Shown: positions 63,518 to 64,000 of the stretch, one piece after another
Numbering within the stretch: position 1 is the first letter of the stretch
Layout: every line of letters starts with the position of its first letter
Assembly: GCA_964016885.1 (NCBI GenBank)
Contig: OZ024748.1
Coordinates: 59,148,001-59,212,000 of the forward strand
Reading direction: 5' to 3'
DNA length: 64,000 bases
Origin: Eledone cirrhosa
Taxonomy: Eukaryota
Translations under genes and position numbers: made by a program
The notes under the pieces: model-generated
The model's input: only the letters and a program-made list of their open reading frames with translations
The model's database searches: none
What the model was told of the DNA's origin: nothing

Positions 63518-64000
63518 AAAAAATGAAACGAAATTTCATTTCTCACTCTTAGTACGGCTGTTACTTAAATATAAGTATGTATACGTACATACATATATGT
63601 ATACAGACGTACAGTAGTATGTATATATATATATATACATACAGGCACACATATATATATATGTACGTATGGATTTACCGAGCATTTATTATAATGCTCG
63701 GTTTGTTTGTAAACAAACATCCCGAATTAAGCCGTACAGTGTTTAGCAACCATCGTTGCCCTTTTGTTCAATACTGACAAAGGAACGATGTACTAGTTTC
63801 AAGCTTATTAGCTATCGTCAGCACCGTATACCATCCTGCCAGATGATTGAACGTCTGAAAGTATATACTTTCCTTATGCATATTAACGGCTGAGCAGCCT
63901 AATTTGCATAGCGAGTGAGTTAATCGGCCGGGCGCACCAAAAACAATAAATGGAAAAAATGAAACGAAATTTCATTTCTCACTCTTAGTACGGCTGTTAC

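Overview
AT-rich, microsatellite-saturated animal genomic DNA. The repeat landscape ((TA)n/(CA)n seas, abundant tRNA-derived SINEs) suggests a cephalopod such as Octopus; this is an inference. Almost all ORFs in the supplied track are simple-repeat artefacts. One real protein-coding gene is present: a 9-coding-exon mitochondrial-clan cytochrome P450 on the + strand (ATG 30687 to TAA 59254, 654 aa by my splicing). It has two oddities: an in-frame 21-bp minisatellite encoding about 14 His/Cys-rich QxPHHES repeats between the predicted G and H helices, and a non-canonical I-helix. The most striking non-coding signal is about 24 complete or near-complete minimal type-I hammerhead-ribozyme motifs at about 18 loci, plus about 10 partial ones, from several unrelated sequence families. 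They sit in (TA)n tracts, often as head-to-head inverted repeats, and many lie in P450 introns on the sense strand. This pattern matches truncated Penelope-like element termini. All folds were derived by eye and none has been computed or assayed. SINEs, MITEs, LINE 3' fragments and minisatellites are also present.
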